A program made the translations under genes and the position numbers. From NCBI GenBank assembly GCA_964270895.1, contig OZ185453.1: a DNA stretch of 64,000 nt, one strand, 5' to 3'. Below the pieces are notes generated by a model. That model had not been told where the DNA came from, ran no database searches, and was given only the letters and a program-made list of their open reading frames with translations. The stretch is from Podarcis filfolensis (taxonomy: Eukaryota). This document shows positions 36,050-49,465 of the stretch, piece by piece. Each line of letters begins with the position of its first letter. Positions within the stretch are counted from its first letter, which is position 1.

Positions 36050-36185
36050 TAGGCAAGCCATTCTTTCTTGATTTCCAATGCTGGTCAGTAACATGGGGGA
36101 AATAACACTGACCTACCTTATAGGGTTGTTAAAAGGATTAATACAAGATAATACATGTGACATGCTTTTGAATGCATAGCATTGT
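36050..36185 (+). mobile_element. Old MIR/CORE-like SINE remnant
   Basis: TAGGCAAGCC...ATAACACTGACCTACCTTATAGGGTTGTT...GATAATACATGTGA resembles the CORE domain. Confidence 0.5.
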
Positions 36186-36334
36186 TTTGCTTTGCATTAT
36201 TTTATTGCAAAAAATCTCAGTTCATTATGAATTAATATAAGCAACAATCCTGACTTGTCAACAGCCTACACAAAAAAATTAAAAAGGGGGAAAAGGGGGG
36301 GGGAGGTATAAACTACTGTTAAACCTTTCCCCTG

Positions 36335-36435
36335 CTTGGGGCTTGACTACAACTCCCATCGTTCCTGATCATTGGCTATCCTGGCTGAGCCTGGTGAGAG
36401 ATGGAAGTCCCAATAAGAACTGGAGGTCACCTGAC
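36335..36435. mobile_element. Palindromic MITE (GACTACAACTCCCATC family)
   Basis: GACTACAACTCCCATCGTTCCTGATCATTGGC...GATGGAAGTCC. Confidence 0.55.
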
Positions 36436-36534
36436 CATGTAAGGCTTTTCTGGTCCACATGTTCAGTTCAGACATCAGTTGTGGAGAAAATGGAAGAACC
36501 AATATTTAGGTGCATCCCTGAACTTCAGGAAAAC

Positions 36535-36622
36535 CAGGGCTTTTTTTTCAGTTGGAACTCGGCGGAACTCAGTTCCGGCACCTCTCGAGTGGGTGCCATT
36601 GCCATTAAAAAAGAACAAGGGA
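36535..36622 (+). mobile_element. 5' part of a non-autonomous DNA element
   Basis: CAGGGCTTTTTTTCAG...GGAACTCAGTTCCGGCACCTCTC...GTGGGTGCCATTGCCATT, same family as 11927. Confidence 0.6.
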
Positions 36623-37145
36623 GTAAATGATTCATACTTGTTCTAAATAATGTTTATTAAGCATTATGTTAGTTTTCTCCAGTATAATCCAATCTTTTAT
36701 CCATATTAAGCATTATGCCTAGAATAAAAATGTAAAGTATATGTATGCTTTCTAAAAGAGAAGAGATAATAGAAATACAAAGAATGATACATTTGGAGAG
36801 TGCAAAGATAAAGGTGGAAATAGAGATTCAAAGAAGTTGAATTGTGGCGGAGGGAAGCTGCGGGTGCGGGGGAGAGTATTATATGATAAATATGTAATAT
36901 TTGCTTTCAATATTTTTGGATTGTTTTCAATCTTTTTTTTCTTTTTTGTTGTTGTTTTGTTTTTGTTTTTCTGTACTACTTACTTAAACTAAATAAATAT
37001 ATAAAATTGGGGGAGGATAAATAAAAGAGAACAAGGGAAAATTGGGTGTATGTGCTTGGGAAAACAGGTTCATAAGCTTTGTTGCTGTTGTTTTAACTGA
37101 AAATGAATGGGATTTGCCTTAGCGTGAGACTCTCCTTAAACTAAG

Positions 37146-37188
37146 CTAACTCTCTTGTTTTCTTCTCTCTTCCCCTCTGTCTTGGCAG
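37146..37188 (+). promoter_or_regulatory. LINGO2: Branch point, polypyrimidine tract and 3' splice site of the LINGO2 coding exon
   Basis: CTAAC at 37146-37150, a ~35-nt pyrimidine tract and CAG ending at 37188, 36 nt upstream of the ATG with no intervening ATG. Confidence 0.85.
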
Positions 37189-37224
37189 GCCTGTGACGGA
37201 GGATTAGACAACATCAGTGGAGTC

Positions 37225-39045
37225 ATGCTTCACACAGCCATATCATGCTGGCAGCCATTTCTAGGTCTGGCTGTGTTGCTAATTTTCATGGGCTCCACCA
37301 TAGGCTGCCCGGCCCGCTGTGAGTGCTCAGCACAGAACAAGTCTGTCAGCTGTCACCGGAGGCGCCTGATTGCCATCCCCGAGGGCATCCCCATTGAGAC
37401 GAAAATCCTGGATCTTAGCAAGAACAGGCTGAAAAGTGTCAACCCGGAGGAGTTCACAGCTTTCCCTCTGCTGGAGGAGATAGATCTCAGCGACAACATC
37501 GTTGCCAACGTCGAGCCTGGAGCCTTTAACAATCTGTTTAACTTGCGCTCCTTGCGGCTGAAAGGGAACCGTCTGAAGCTGGTCCCTTTAGGGGTCTTCA
37601 CCGGGCTGTCAAACTTAACAAAGCTAGATATCAGTGAGAACAAGATTGTCATTCTGCTGGACTACATGTTCCAGGATCTGCACAACCTCAAGTCCCTCGA
37701 GGTTGGGGATAACGATCTGGTTTATATCTCTCACAGGGCCTTCAGCGGACTGCTCAGTTTGGAGCAGCTAACTCTGGAAAAATGCAACCTAACAGCTGTA
37801 CCAACAGAAGCCCTTTCTCACCTTCACAACCTCATCAGTCTACACCTGAGACATCTCAATATTAACCTTCTGCCTGCATATGCCTTCAAGAGATTGTTCC
37901 ACCTGAAAAACCTAGAAATAGACTATTGGCCTATGCTGGACATGATCCCTATCAACAGCCTATATGGCTTGAACCTCACCTCCCTCTCCATCACCAATAC
38001 TAACCTGTCCACTGTCCCTTACTCTGCCCTGAAGCACCTGGTTTACTTGACCCACCTGAATCTCTCCTACAACCCCATCAGCACCATTGAGTCGGACATG
38101 CTTGCCGATGTGTTGCGCCTCCAAGAGCTCCACATAGTTGGGGCCCAGTTGCGTACCATTGAACCCCACGCATTCCAAGGACTCCGGTTCCTCCGGGTGC
38201 TTAATGTGTCCCAAAACCTGTTGGAAACCATCGAAGAGAATGCGTTCCACTCCACCAAAGCCCTGGAAATCCTCTGCATAAGCAACAACCCATTGGCTTG
38301 TGACTGCCGCTTGCTTTGGATTTTACAAAGGCAGCCCACGCTGCAGTTCGGGGGCCAGCAGCCAATGTGCGCCGGCCCGGACAGCGTCAAAGAGAGGCCC
38401 TTCAAAGACTTCCACAGCACCGCCCTTTCTTTCTACTTCACCTGCAAGAAGCCCAGGATACGCGACAAGAAGCTGCAATACCTGGTGATCGAGGAAGGCC
38501 AAACGGTGCAGCTACAGTGCAGTGCAGATGGCGACCCTCAGCCCACCGTCGCCTGGCTGACGCCGCGACGGAGACTGGTCACCGCCAAATCGAATGGGAG
38601 AGCTACGGTGCTGGGAGATGGCACCCTGGAGATCCGGTTTGCCCAAGATCAAGACAGCGGGATCTATGTTTGTGTGGCCAGCAACGCTGCTGGGAACGAC
38701 ACCTTGTCAGCCACCCTAACCGTCAAAGGCTTTGCCTCGGATCGTTTCCTTTATGCCAACAGGACTCCTATGTACATGACAGATTCCAATGACACCAGTT
38801 CCAATGGAACCAATATGAATACATTTTCCCTGGACCTTAAGACAATACTGGTGTCGACAGCCATGGGCTGCTTCACATTCCTCGGGGTGGTTTTATTTTG
38901 TTTCTTACTACTTTTTGTGTGGAGCCGAGGGAAAGGCAAGCATAAAACCAACATTGACCTCGAGTACGTCCCCCGTAAGAACAATGGCGCGGTTGTGGAA
39001 GGGGAGGTCCCGGGACCACGCAGGTTCAATATGAAAATGATTTGA
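37225..39045 (+). CDS. LINGO2: Leucine-rich repeat and Ig domain-containing Nogo receptor-interacting protein 2 (single coding exon, 606 aa)
   Basis: N-terminus [17 protein letters not shown], which I recognise as LINGO2. Signal peptide, LRRNT CPARCEC, tandem LRRs, [16 protein letters not shown], Ig domain, TM helix, and C-terminal RRFNMKMI. Uninterrupted ORF. Confidence 0.98.
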   Translation: MLHTAISCWQPFLGLAVLLIFMGSTIGCPARCECSAQNKSVSCHRRRLIAIPEGIPIETKILDLSKNRLKSVNPEEFTAFPLLEEIDLSDNIVANVEPGAFNNLFNLRSLRLKGNRLKLVPLGVFTGLSNLTKLDISENKIVILLDYMFQDLHNLKSLEVGDNDLVYISHRAFSGLLSLEQLTLEKCNLTAVPTEALSHLHNLISLHLRHLNINLLPAYAFKRLFHLKNLEIDYWPMLDMIPINSLYGLNLTSLSITNTNLSTVPYSALKHLVYLTHLNLSYNPISTIESDMLADVLRLQELHIVGAQLRTIEPHAFQGLRFLRVLNVSQNLLETIEENAFHSTKALEILCISNNPLACDCRLLWILQRQPTLQFGGQQPMCAGPDSVKERPFKDFHSTALSFYFTCKKPRIRDKKLQYLVIEEGQTVQLQCSADGDPQPTVAWLTPRRRLVTAKSNGRATVLGDGTLEIRFAQDQDSGIYVCVASNAAGNDTLSATLTVKGFASDRFLYANRTPMYMTDSNDTSSNGTNMNTFSLDLKTILVSTAMGCFTFLGVVLFCFLLLFVWSRGKGKHKTNIDLEYVPRKNNGAVVEGEVPGPRRFNMKMI

Positions 39046-39384
39046 TGGTTGTGTGCTGCTAGAATTATTAATTCTTCCCCTGCCCCCCTCTCCTGTGGCA
39101 TTCTGACCAACCCAACAAGCTTGGTATCTAGGAATTGCCATGCTAGAGGCTCTCGGCCGTCGCGGTGTCAAACGGTACATGGAAACCAGGAAGACTATCT
39201 GAGGTTGTACAGCAAAGCCTCTTGTTTTGAGGCTGCGTGTGTGTGTGTTAGGGCTTTTTTGCAGAGTTGGCATACAGTACTAATTGTTTGCATTGCAAAT
39301 TTTTTGCCATTCTGAGGATCTCAGTAACAAACTGTCGGCTCATGTTCACGGACAAGTGTTCAAAACATTTTCTACCACTACAAA

Positions 39385-39398
39385 AATAAAAAAATAAA
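39385..39398 (+). terminator. Candidate polyadenylation signals (AATAAA twice)
   Basis: AATAAA at 39385-39390 and 39393-39398. An alternative AATACA at 39615-39620 is followed by TGTTTTTGTT. The site actually used cannot be determined from sequence. Confidence 0.35.
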
Positions 39399-41169
39399 GG
39401 GAAAAAAACCCTACAGTGTAGGATTTACATATTTAAAGAGAGAGAGAGAGAGACGTTTGTCTACAACATAACTCTGCAGTGAAATTTGTATCTATAGATC
39501 TCATTTGCTAAATCCTCGCATCATACATACCTTCTAGTTGATTCGACACCACAAGATTAATGTATTACTGTATTTTTTTTTAATATACATATTTAACTGT
39601 GTACATTTTAAAGCAATACAAATGAGATGTTTTTGTTCCTTCCACAGTAACTGACCCAAGTGTGATGTCACTTGTTCCATAACTACAGCCAAATTCCCAA
39701 ATCAGACCTCTGTAGTCACCAATGAAAGATGCTGTGGCTTGTGCCTAACGTTACATCAAAGACCAGAGAGAAACTGTCGAGGCAGGCAGAATATACTGTG
39801 TCCCCCTTGCTCTTCTCTTTGTGGAAAGAAAGGCATGTGCCTACTTTTGATATAGAATGGAATATTTTTTTAAAGTATCTGTGAGATCACGTTGGACCCG
39901 TTTACTGTAAGAGTCCAAGGTCCAACTTCCTAGTCATGGTTGGCACCAACACTGGCAAATTAACTGGATGACCGTTCTTTCCCCCACTCACCCCTCTGTT
40001 TTAATTTCTTATCCATTGTTAAGATGTCAGTGTGCTGGGATAAAGAACCAGGTTAATGCATTCTGCCATATTTCCAGTGAAGTGCCATCAGAGTTTTATT
40101 TATGGATGAGAATGCCACTCAACAAATGCCCTTCCCCACTCAATAGCTTCCACAAGGCCAAATTACTGCCAAACTTCAAGCCACTGTCCATTTTGTATTT
40201 ACAAGAAACACTGGGCTGATCTATACAGTCCTTTGCTGCTGTTTTTTTTTATTCTCACAGAAATGACCCCTGGCAGCCTGATCGTGTGAAGAACAAAACC
40301 CTAGAGGCACCATTTCAGACTCCAGGATGGTGTAAGAGCAAAGAGCTTGCTTGCAAAAGATATGTCATACATTAAATATAAGAAAACCCAGTGTATTTTA
40401 AGAGCATTTCTTGTGTGTGTTTTTAATACCTCACAATAATTTGTATGCCAGTTACACAACACAAGATGAAAAATGCACATAATGTGGAAAGGTGGTTGTG
40501 TTTTTGGCATACATTTTAATCGATTATATAAGCAGTAAGATGGCTCCAGTGAGATACAGGTGCTCCCGAGAATCATCGGATCTGAAAATGGCTGCCATCT
40601 ATGAAGAAAAGCCCTGGTGGAAAAGAATAAATTGGGAACTGGTGGTAGGCAAAGTTATACTATGCAGGGAGTTCTGTGACCATAATGCTTCGAAAAAGAA
40701 CTCCCCGCATCTTGAAAACTGCTGTGAAACAGACACACTTGTCACAGCTTCATGGCACTCTCTTCTCCCAGTTGCATCCCTGAGGTCAAGCGTGCAAGTA
40801 AAACAGCAGGGCAAATATTACTGTGTGAACTGGCTGTCCCAAAGGTAAAAGCAAAAATCCATGAATGTCTATCACTCAGTTCTTCTTTATAATTTCATGA
40901 TTGCTTTAACTGTTCCTTGTTGCCATTTTTGTACTTTGGTTGTCTTGCCTTTACCCACAATGAGAGTGAATACATTGTGGGCAGAAGAGGACTGCAGACC
41001 AGGATTAGTTACGTGTGTGATAAAATTGCTAGTGCTGTTGTTGTTTCTCCTCTTGAGATCTTGCAAAAGGGGCTGTGGGAGTTGGACTGCTATTGCAATG
41101 TGATATGATGCTGGTATGACCAACTGAGGCGGTGGAGAATCCGATTCTTGTTGACCATCCCAACTTTCT

Positions 41170-41285
41170 AGTACAGAGGTGGAGGACCTCTAGCCCTTTC
41201 AATGTTGCTGGACTACAGCTTCCATCATCCCTGGCCATTGGCCATGCTGTCTGCAACTTGTGTGAGTTGGAGTCCAACAGGATCA
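41170..41285. mobile_element. Palindromic MITE (GACTACAACTCCCATC family)
   Basis: GGACTACAGCTTCCATCATCCCTGGCCATTGGCCATGCTG...GAGTTGGAGTCC. Confidence 0.55.
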
Positions 41286-43797
41286 GGAAATTATAGAAAA
41301 GATTTATCAATTCCATGAAACACATCTATAGAATAACAATATCCTCCCCCAAAATCTGATCTCTCAATGAATATAAGGAGCCTAAGAAGTCATATTGCCT
41401 ACAATTAAGATTTCAAGGCAGTTTTGAGGTATTTAAGGGATCAACCACACACACAACACACACACACATTCTAAATCCATGGGATTTTGAAGGCAATAAT
41501 ATAGGTTGTGTCATTTCATTTACAGCTTTGTATTCAAATCAAGGTAGGGGCATTTATATAAATTTTCTCAACATCAGTAGATGGTATGTTCAACCTCATC
41601 ATTTAGTATCAAACCAGCATATATACCTATATTACACTTTGTACAGTTGTATCTGCAAAATTCTTTTTACATCCCATCCTAGTATATTCATGATGATGCA
41701 GCATGTTCTAACGTTATGGTGTGGTGGTGTTGTTATCCATCTATACCCCCACACCACTGATAATGCAACATTAAACCATTAACATAACAGAGGAAAGGGC
41801 CTGGGGTGGGCAACTTTAATGTTGGAATCAATCATGCTATTGGTCCTTCCCACATAGTCTTAGAGTATGAGAGCACCATGGGAAACAGCCATGAGGGAGC
41901 AGTAACAATTCTACTTGTATAATGTAAGAACGAGCCATTAGGCCCAATTCACACATAAGAGCAGCTTGACAGCTGCTTATCTGAAACTTCTCCCCACACT
42001 TCTCAGGGATCATTTAGATAATAGCACTACAGCTGGTTCTTCCACAGCTGATCACCCAGCAAAGGAGGAGGAGAACAGCCAGGAAGGAAAGAGCTGTCTA
42101 ATTGGCCCCACCTAGAAGGTGCCTGTATCCAGAAGTTCTTGGAGCAGGGTGGGAAGATTTCATGAAGAAAATTCCACCCGTACCCTTGTTGAGTTAGTGT
42201 GAATTGCCCTTAAGAGTGGCTCTAGATGCTACAAAATTGGGAGAGGGTTGACAGGATGCACACACAATTCACACTTCTTATTTCTATGTTTCCTCTCAAA
42301 ATATCAAACTGGAATTTGAACCTCTGAGCTCCAGAGGCAGCTCATGCATTTCACTGCAAGGGGAGGTACAGGACGAGAATCAGGGAGAATGGAAGCATGA
42401 TATATTGTGCTTCCTCTACTGCTCCTCCATGACATGGCTTCCAGGATTGGCCACCAGTCTTTTAGGTCCTGACTTTCCAGTGAGCCCCCACAGTGAAGCA
42501 AATATCTGATGGAATGGATGCATCGTGGCGACAGGTCTCTTTCAAGGTCTTGTTGGATTCTGTGTTTGCTGCTTACATAAAAAATATATGTGACATCAGA
42601 GAGTAAGTAGAGGACTCCAGAGGTTGCCTTTGTGAGCAATGGTTTTGTTTTTCCCCCTCCCCAGAGACCTTTGATGTCCTTCTATGCTTTTAAGACATTG
42701 TGGAATTTTAATAATGCTAAATGACTCTGAAATAAACATGCTGACAAATGAGAGATGAATTTCAAGACTAACATGGCAGGGTTTCTGTATTGTACGTTCA
42801 TATAGATAACTAATATAAGCAAGACAAAAGGAAAAGATAGCTGAATAGCTATCTGGAGATATTTCATTTACTTCTCCCTTGTAATTATCATTAGCCACTA
42901 ATGACCCCGTTCTCTCTCTTTTTAGTGACAATGCCTTTACTGACTACAAACAATAAAGTTATTTTTTTCTTAAATTGAGTAAGGCAAACTTACTCAAATC
43001 CAAATGGAATATCTATTTTCTCTACTTTTAAATTACATTGAAAAGAGGGAGAAAGAAACAATAGGATGAAAGAGAAGCTGTGTCAGTAAAAAAAACAAAG
43101 CCACACGCATAATTGTTGAACCACACAAGATAATGCCTACATGAAATGAGAAATATGTTTTTCTGCTGTGAGGATACTCAGTTTTTGTTGCAGCTTAAAA
43201 TGAAATGTCATCAATAGGGTGGCAAAAGCTATGGTGCATAGTGATGATTGGAAAACCAACCAGTAGTACATCTCATAGAAAACACCTTATGATACTTATT
43301 GCTTTCTTATTCTCCATAGGTAATATTTTATTCCTTGCCTGTTCCAATTTTGTTTCTGTAATCTTCTTGCACATTGTTATTCTCTGTTTGGACTTCGCTC
43401 AGGAATCTAATCTTATATTCTATGTTTTTCACTGATACGTCCAGAGTTCCATGTAGTTATACAGCAACACAGGTAAGCCTATCCATAAATTTCACAAGCA
43501 TAAGGTATATCCTTGTGGCCTGGTTATGCGTTTGGACCTCCTGAAATGCAATGGATGGTTGTGTCTGCTTTGTGTTGGGTGTGTTTTCTTTCAAGCAGGA
43601 GATTATCACTATGAATTGGCTTGCTGGTCTGGTGTTTGATAGTGTAGTAGTTCAATGAAGGCTTTTAATCTTAGTGGGAAATATCTGATAGGAAATACAG
43701 AGAAACAAGAGCATAAGGGAAGAATGCCTTCAGGTAGTACCATCTCAGTTAGGTGTTCTTGGTAGTAATTAAGTACTAAAGCTGCAATCTTTTAAAT

Positions 43798-43935
43798 CAG
43801 CTTTCCCCAACTTAGTGTCCTCCATAAATTTTGGATTGTATCTTCCATGACCCCTAACCATTGGGCCATGCTGGCTGAGACTGATGGGAGTTGTAGTTCA
43901 AAACATCCCAAGGGCCTCAGATCAGGGAAGACAGC
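43798..43935. mobile_element. Palindromic MITE (GACTACAACTCCCATC family)
   Basis: CAGCTTTCCCCAAC...CATTGGGCCATGCTGGCTGAGACTGATGGGAGTTGTAGTTC. Confidence 0.6.
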
Positions 43936-44277
43936 CCTATATACATACTTGGGAATCAGCCCTATTAAGTTCAACGAAACTTATTTCTGAGTAACCATGC
44001 ATATATTATATTTCATATAATTTGGGCAGGGAAAGGGAGTAAGAAAGGAGAGAAGCAAAAGTCTCTAATCGGCCCATCTTCTGTAAGAAATGTGACATTA
44101 AATGTGTCTGCATTTTGACAGACTCCCTTGCACTCAGATCTCAGAGGCTTAAAAAGGAAACGGGAGGAATCTTATAATGCTGTTTCCAAGTCTCCCTGTG
44201 CTTTCCTTTTAAGTATTCAAGATCAGGGCCTTCAAGGGGAAGTGGAGGAGGCTTACTAAAGGTTTTAAAACAACCCT

Positions 44278-44768
44278 GTGCTCCTGTTTCCAGTTCTGAA
44301 CACTGCAGTTTAAGAAGGATGTTGACAAGCTGGAACTTGGGCAGAGGAGGGCAACCAAGATGATCATGGAAACCAAGCCTTATGAGGAACGGTTGAAGGA
44401 GTTGTGTGTGTTTAACTTGTAAAAAAGGAGACTGAGAGGAGATACGATAGCCATCTTCAAATATCTGATGGCTGTCACATGGATGGAGCAAGCTTGTTTT
44501 CTGCTGCTCAGGCGGGTAGGAAATGAACCAATGGTTTCAACCTACAAGAAAGGAGATTCCAACTAAACATCAGGAAGAACTTTCTGGCAGTAAGAGCTGT
44601 TGCGCAGTGGAACAGACTCCCTTGAGAGGTTGTAGACTCTCCTTCATTGCAGGCTTTTAAGCAGAGGTTGGATGGCCCTCTGTCATGGATGGTTAGTTGT
44701 GAGTCTTGCATTACAGAGGGTTGAACTAGATGACCCTTTGGATTCCTTTCAAATCTGTGACTCCATGA
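44278..44768 (+). mobile_element. CR1 LINE 3' fragment
   Basis: RT C-terminal remnant (GAGGAGGGCAACCAAGATGATC...GAGACTGAGAGGAGATACGATAG), CR1 3' UTR hairpin region and a degenerate octamer tail. Confidence 0.9.
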
Positions 44769-45214
44769 AACAAGAACACAAGGGCTGTCTTAAAGTCTTT
44801 GCAAAAGCCTTTTTGAAGTAGCTCGCATGAGACGGCTGCTTCAAAGGGTGCTTTTGTGCAAGTCCTTAATCCACACTAAACTGATGAGCAGGGGTTGAAT
44901 TCTGCTACCTTGACTGCACAATCTTGTGCCTTGCTGGGAACAGGAAAGCGCCGTCAATGTAGGAGTTAACCCTATCCTGTGCATCAGCTCATGCCTCTAG
45001 TGATGTCAGTTGATGGACAGGTCAGTGTGGTTTGAGATAAATGGCTTCATGGGCCTAATTGAAACCCTGGGGTCAGAGGTTCCCCACCCTGGTCTATAGG
45101 ACAAGATTGGCTCATGGAACTGTATGTGTAGTGACTAATAGCACAATCCTAGCCTATTGAATTCAGTGGGTCTTGCGCCCAGATAAATGGAGTTAGGACT
45201 GCAGCTGAAGAGAC

Positions 45215-45390
45215 CGAGCTGTCAATCAGGAAACTCTCAGTTACAATCTCACCCCTGACAAAAATGTTTAGGTAGTGTTAGGCAAGTCAACCTCTCTCTG
45301 TCTCACCATCTGCAGTATGGGAATAATGACACGGTCCTCATCATTAAGGTTGGCTGAGATAATGTATGTAGCTGCTTTGAAAACATAAGA
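45215..45390 (+). mobile_element. Old MIR/CORE-like SINE remnant
   Basis: TTAGGCAAGTCAACCTCTCTCTG...CATCTGCAGTATGGGAATAAT...GAGATAATGTATGT. Confidence 0.5.
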
Positions 45391-46630
45391 TATTATTATA
45401 AAATAAAAACTATGATGGTGTTTCTGATATAAATTCACCTCTTTGGGATTCCACTCATTTGAACTTATGTTACCATCCTAAGCATATATACTAGGAAGTC
45501 GCTCTTATTAAAAAATCAGTGGGCTGTACTGTTGTATAAATATGATTAGGATAAAGATGTTCAAAAGCTAACTGTGACCTTTATTCTTTGAGCTAGCATG
45601 AAATGTCTGGAACGCAAACAGCTTTTTTCATTTTTAAAAATGCCAGCTTCTCAGAACACGGCAGTTGCAAGGTGCTATTTGTACATTTTGTGATGCAAAG
45701 GCAGATGAGTAAAAACTGCTGTAATTCATTCCAACTCTTCTGTGTCCAGTAGCACTGCCACCTTTTGGCTGGTAAAAGTGTTTCCTCCTTGAAAGTTGGA
45801 TAATTGCATTGGCTGCTATGTCAGGAACCACAGTGGTCATTTTCCAGTGGAAAAAAACCCTATGCCAAAACACCACTTAGACTGCCTAGCAATTGATTAC
45901 GCATCGTCTGATGCTCATTCATAGCTTCAGAAAACCCAACCTTTTCATATGGGAGTCCACAAAAGTACTATGGAGCACACCAAACCCATCCTAGCAGCCC
46001 ATAGGACTGAGATGATTGTGGGGGGGAAATCGTCATGTCAATGTGTGATTCCATCCTTCAGACGTGACTGGAGTGTTGTGGGGTCTAGCTGTTGAGAAAG
46101 TGACAGCTGCACTGTGTAGAGCAGAAACTTTCACTGCAAAAATAATAATTTCTACTCCCTAAAACTGAAAACAGCAGCCTTGGGGATGTTGAGGAGTTAT
46201 TTTTAGGGCCAGTTGTACTGTTGGCATTTCTGTTTATACATTCCCAGTAAATCTGTCTGGCGAAACACGTTTGTAAACTGGAGTTTATAAATCTGCAACA
46301 GTTCCTCCAGCAGTCCTACAATTTAGCTGGAACTGTCTGCCTCCAGTAATAATGGAATAATGGTAGAATAAAAATGGAATAATGATGCTGGAGCTGTGCA
46401 TTTGACCTTTTTTTCCTGTGCTGGTGTCCAGATTGAAAATCACTGCCCCCGCACCCCTCCCGGAAAAAAAAGGGTGCACGGGGGGGGGGGGGGAATTGTA
46501 TGATACGTGTAACTTTCACCCAATTGAGCAAATAGTTTGGGGCATTTATGCAGTTTTAATTGGGAAATGGTGCAGGTCTCCCAGGACCTTATCTACTGTA
46601 TATTGATCTGATTTACACGTCTGAATTACT

Positions 46631-46666
46631 TTGTTTGTTTGTTTGTTTGTTTGTTTGTTTGTTTGT
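46631..46666. repeat. (TTTG)n microsatellite
   Basis: Perfect tetranucleotide run. Confidence 0.95.
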
Positions 46667-47276
46667 TAGCAAGAGGTCCTCATCTCAGATCTTTCACATC
46701 ATACCTAGTTGAATATGGATTAGGAGTTCTGACCACCACATCTCTTTTTGTTTCGGGGGGGGCGGGGTAGTACACTCCACCTGGACTCACATTAGGTCCA
46801 CCCTAATCACACATTCACTGTTGTGAACATGTCCTAAACTTCTCAGTGCTGTGAAATAGGCAACGAGAGAAATTATACAGGTCTGACCGGTTGTGTGGCA
46901 GGGTTAAAGACTGAATAAACACTGCTGGGAATAACACTCCTTAACAGTAGTAGAATTAATTATATGGCTGGTTACTGAAGAAGATAGAGGGTATTTCAAA
47001 GTCACCCCGGCATTTTGGATATCTTCTATCTCTTCATTTTAATATGAATGTATTCTGAAGAGCAGAAAATAGAATTGGCTTTCCTCAGTTTCTTCTTTTC
47101 TTATCCGGCCCTCTGGTTTTACCAAATTTTCATATGTGCCTTTTGGAGGGCTGGATATATTCTTTGGACCCCAACACATCTGAAAAATAACTAAACCATG
47201 CTGTATTCTGTTGGGATTTAAATCCTTGCAGCTGGCCACAGGCCTTTCTACATTAAAAAGTGACTAACCAAACCTA

Positions 47277-47631
47277 GGGACGCGAGTGGCGCCGTGGGTT
47301 AAACCACAGACTTGCCGATGAGAAGGTCGGCGGTTCGAATCCCCGTGACGGGGTGAGCTCCCGTTGTTCGGTCCCTGCTCCTGCCAACCTAGCAGTTCGA
47401 AAACACAAAGTGCAAGTAGATAAATAGGTACCACTCCAGCGGGAAGGTAAACGGCGTTTCCATGAGCTGCTCTGGTTCTCCAGAAGCAGCTTAGTCATGC
47501 TGGCCACATGACCCAGAAGCTGTCTGTGGACAAACACGGGCTCCCTCAGCCTATAGAGCGAGATGAGCGCCGCAACTCCAGAGCTGGTCACGACTGGACC
47601 TAATGGTCAGGGGTCCCTTTACCTTTACCTT
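47277..47631 (+). mobile_element. Sauria/Squam1 SINE, intermediate variant
   Basis: Full-length. 12-bp TSD TAACCAAACCTA at 47265-47276 and 47632-47643. Confidence 0.94.
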
Positions 47632-48167
47632 TAACCAAACCTAAATCAGTTTAAGCTTATTCTGTTAAATCCTTTGGCTTTCTCCTTTGTCAGTAATTCA
47701 GATCTGTTGGTTTCCAAAGAATGCTGAGGGTGCAGGAAATTCTTAGGGAAATGACACCTGTCATTAGCAAATGGAGCAGGGATGGAATCCAATCCTGTGT
47801 AGACAGTAGAACCAAGGGAGAACTTTTTTATATGCAGAATGAACATGCTAAGGCAGCTTCCCTACTCCTGATCTAGACCAACCATGGACTCTCTTTCTGC
47901 TCCAGTTTGTGTACTGCATACTCTGTCATTTAGGCAAGCTTCCCGTTCTCTTCAATGAAAGTGAGAAGTTGGATGGAAAATATCTTATCTATACATGGCT
48001 GCATTTTAATTTCTCTCCTCACAGGACAGAATGAGATGCCCTGTACTGTCTAATCTGCTCTGGATCCTGGGCATTGGATCTTTCTGATTCACCTCCCCTT
48101 TCAGGTAGGCTTGTTATAGGGATAAGCGCGATACAAAGATGGAAAGAACTTTGTTTAGTAAAGGTAG

Positions 48168-48280
48168 CTTTCTCAAACCTGATGCCCTCCAGGTTTTGGA
48201 CTGCAATTCCCATTAGCTCCAGCCAGTGTAGGCAATGGTCAGGAATGATGGCAGTTGTAGTCTGACAAGATCTGAGGAGG
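48168..48280. mobile_element. Palindromic MITE (GACTACAACTCCCATC family)
   Basis: GGACTGCAATTCCCATTAG...GAATGATGGCAGTTGTAGTC. Confidence 0.55.
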
Positions 48281-49465
48281 AGGGTGAATTAAGGCATGGT
48301 TCAAATGATTTTTAAAAGTCCTACAGTATTTGTCCTCTTCTCATATTCATCTATCCATCTAATCTATCTGTCCACACACAAACACCATGGACATTGTGAA
48401 ATTGCATTGCACCCCATGAAAGAATTTCACATTCAGCAGGAGTATTTTGGGATAGCAAATCAGGACCCAATTTGCCCATAAGAAATTTAGCCTCTATAAA
48501 AGTATTTTACTTATAAAATGTATGATAGGTTTGAGGGGACTTCCCTATGGAGAGAGAATCCAGCCAGGTTTTGCACATCTCTCCTTGCTTTTGAGACAAT
48601 CACATGCTGAGAACAATCTGCAAGTTTCAATGTTTCTGGATTCTCCTCCCCTGCCCTCCTCCTTTTTTTTTCTTTCTTCATTTTACACAAGCAGGTGCTT
48701 TGATAAACTGCCAGCCTATAATAGGATTTGGGTTGTGTTTTCCCCTCTGATAGTCCAAAGAAGATGAAAAGCTACCCTTGGCAGAGTCAATAAAATGTTC
48801 CACTTTTTGTTGTCATTATAATTATTCCAAGGAAGACTTTATCCATAAAATGCAGAATAGCCAGGAGACAAAGCAAGTTTTCATCACTGCCTCCACCATT
48901 GAAAATTACAGGACTGTGTATTTTGGAACATAACGTATTATCAGACCAGGACACAAGTCTGCTCTGGAAGCCAATAATCAGCAAAGGAAGGTGTTGCAAT
49001 TGCTTCTGTTAGCAAAAACCATAGAGATGGGAAGAACCTCAAAGGTCATCTAATCCAAAGTCCTGCCAGACAGAAGCTAGTTCTTCTTCACACTGTGAAC
49101 AGGTAAATAATATTTGCTACAACAAAATGTAGGTGAGAGTGTGGCTGTTCTTATCTGATTGGCTCCCATGAGAACAGAATGCTAAATTAAATAGATATTT
49201 GATTTGATCCAACTGGGCTCTTATGTTCAGTTTGTTCCACTGTCAAACAGCTCAAACCATCGAGAAGTTCCTTTAAGTTAAATCTCTTGGTTGAATCCAT
49301 AGTCAGAGACAGAATGCTTCTAAATGCCAGTTGCCAGAAACTACGGGAGGAGAAGAGTGCTCTTATGCTCAGGTCCTGTTTGCATCTGGTTGGTCATTAT
49401 GGTAACAGGATGCTGGACTAAATGGGCCATTTAGTCTGATCCAGAGGCATTTCCTATATCCTGAT

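Noticed and set aside
37353-39273. Several 60-160 aa ORFs overlapping LINGO2 on other frames or the opposite strand
   Set aside because: These are expected shadows of a GC-rich coding exon, with no recognisable domains.
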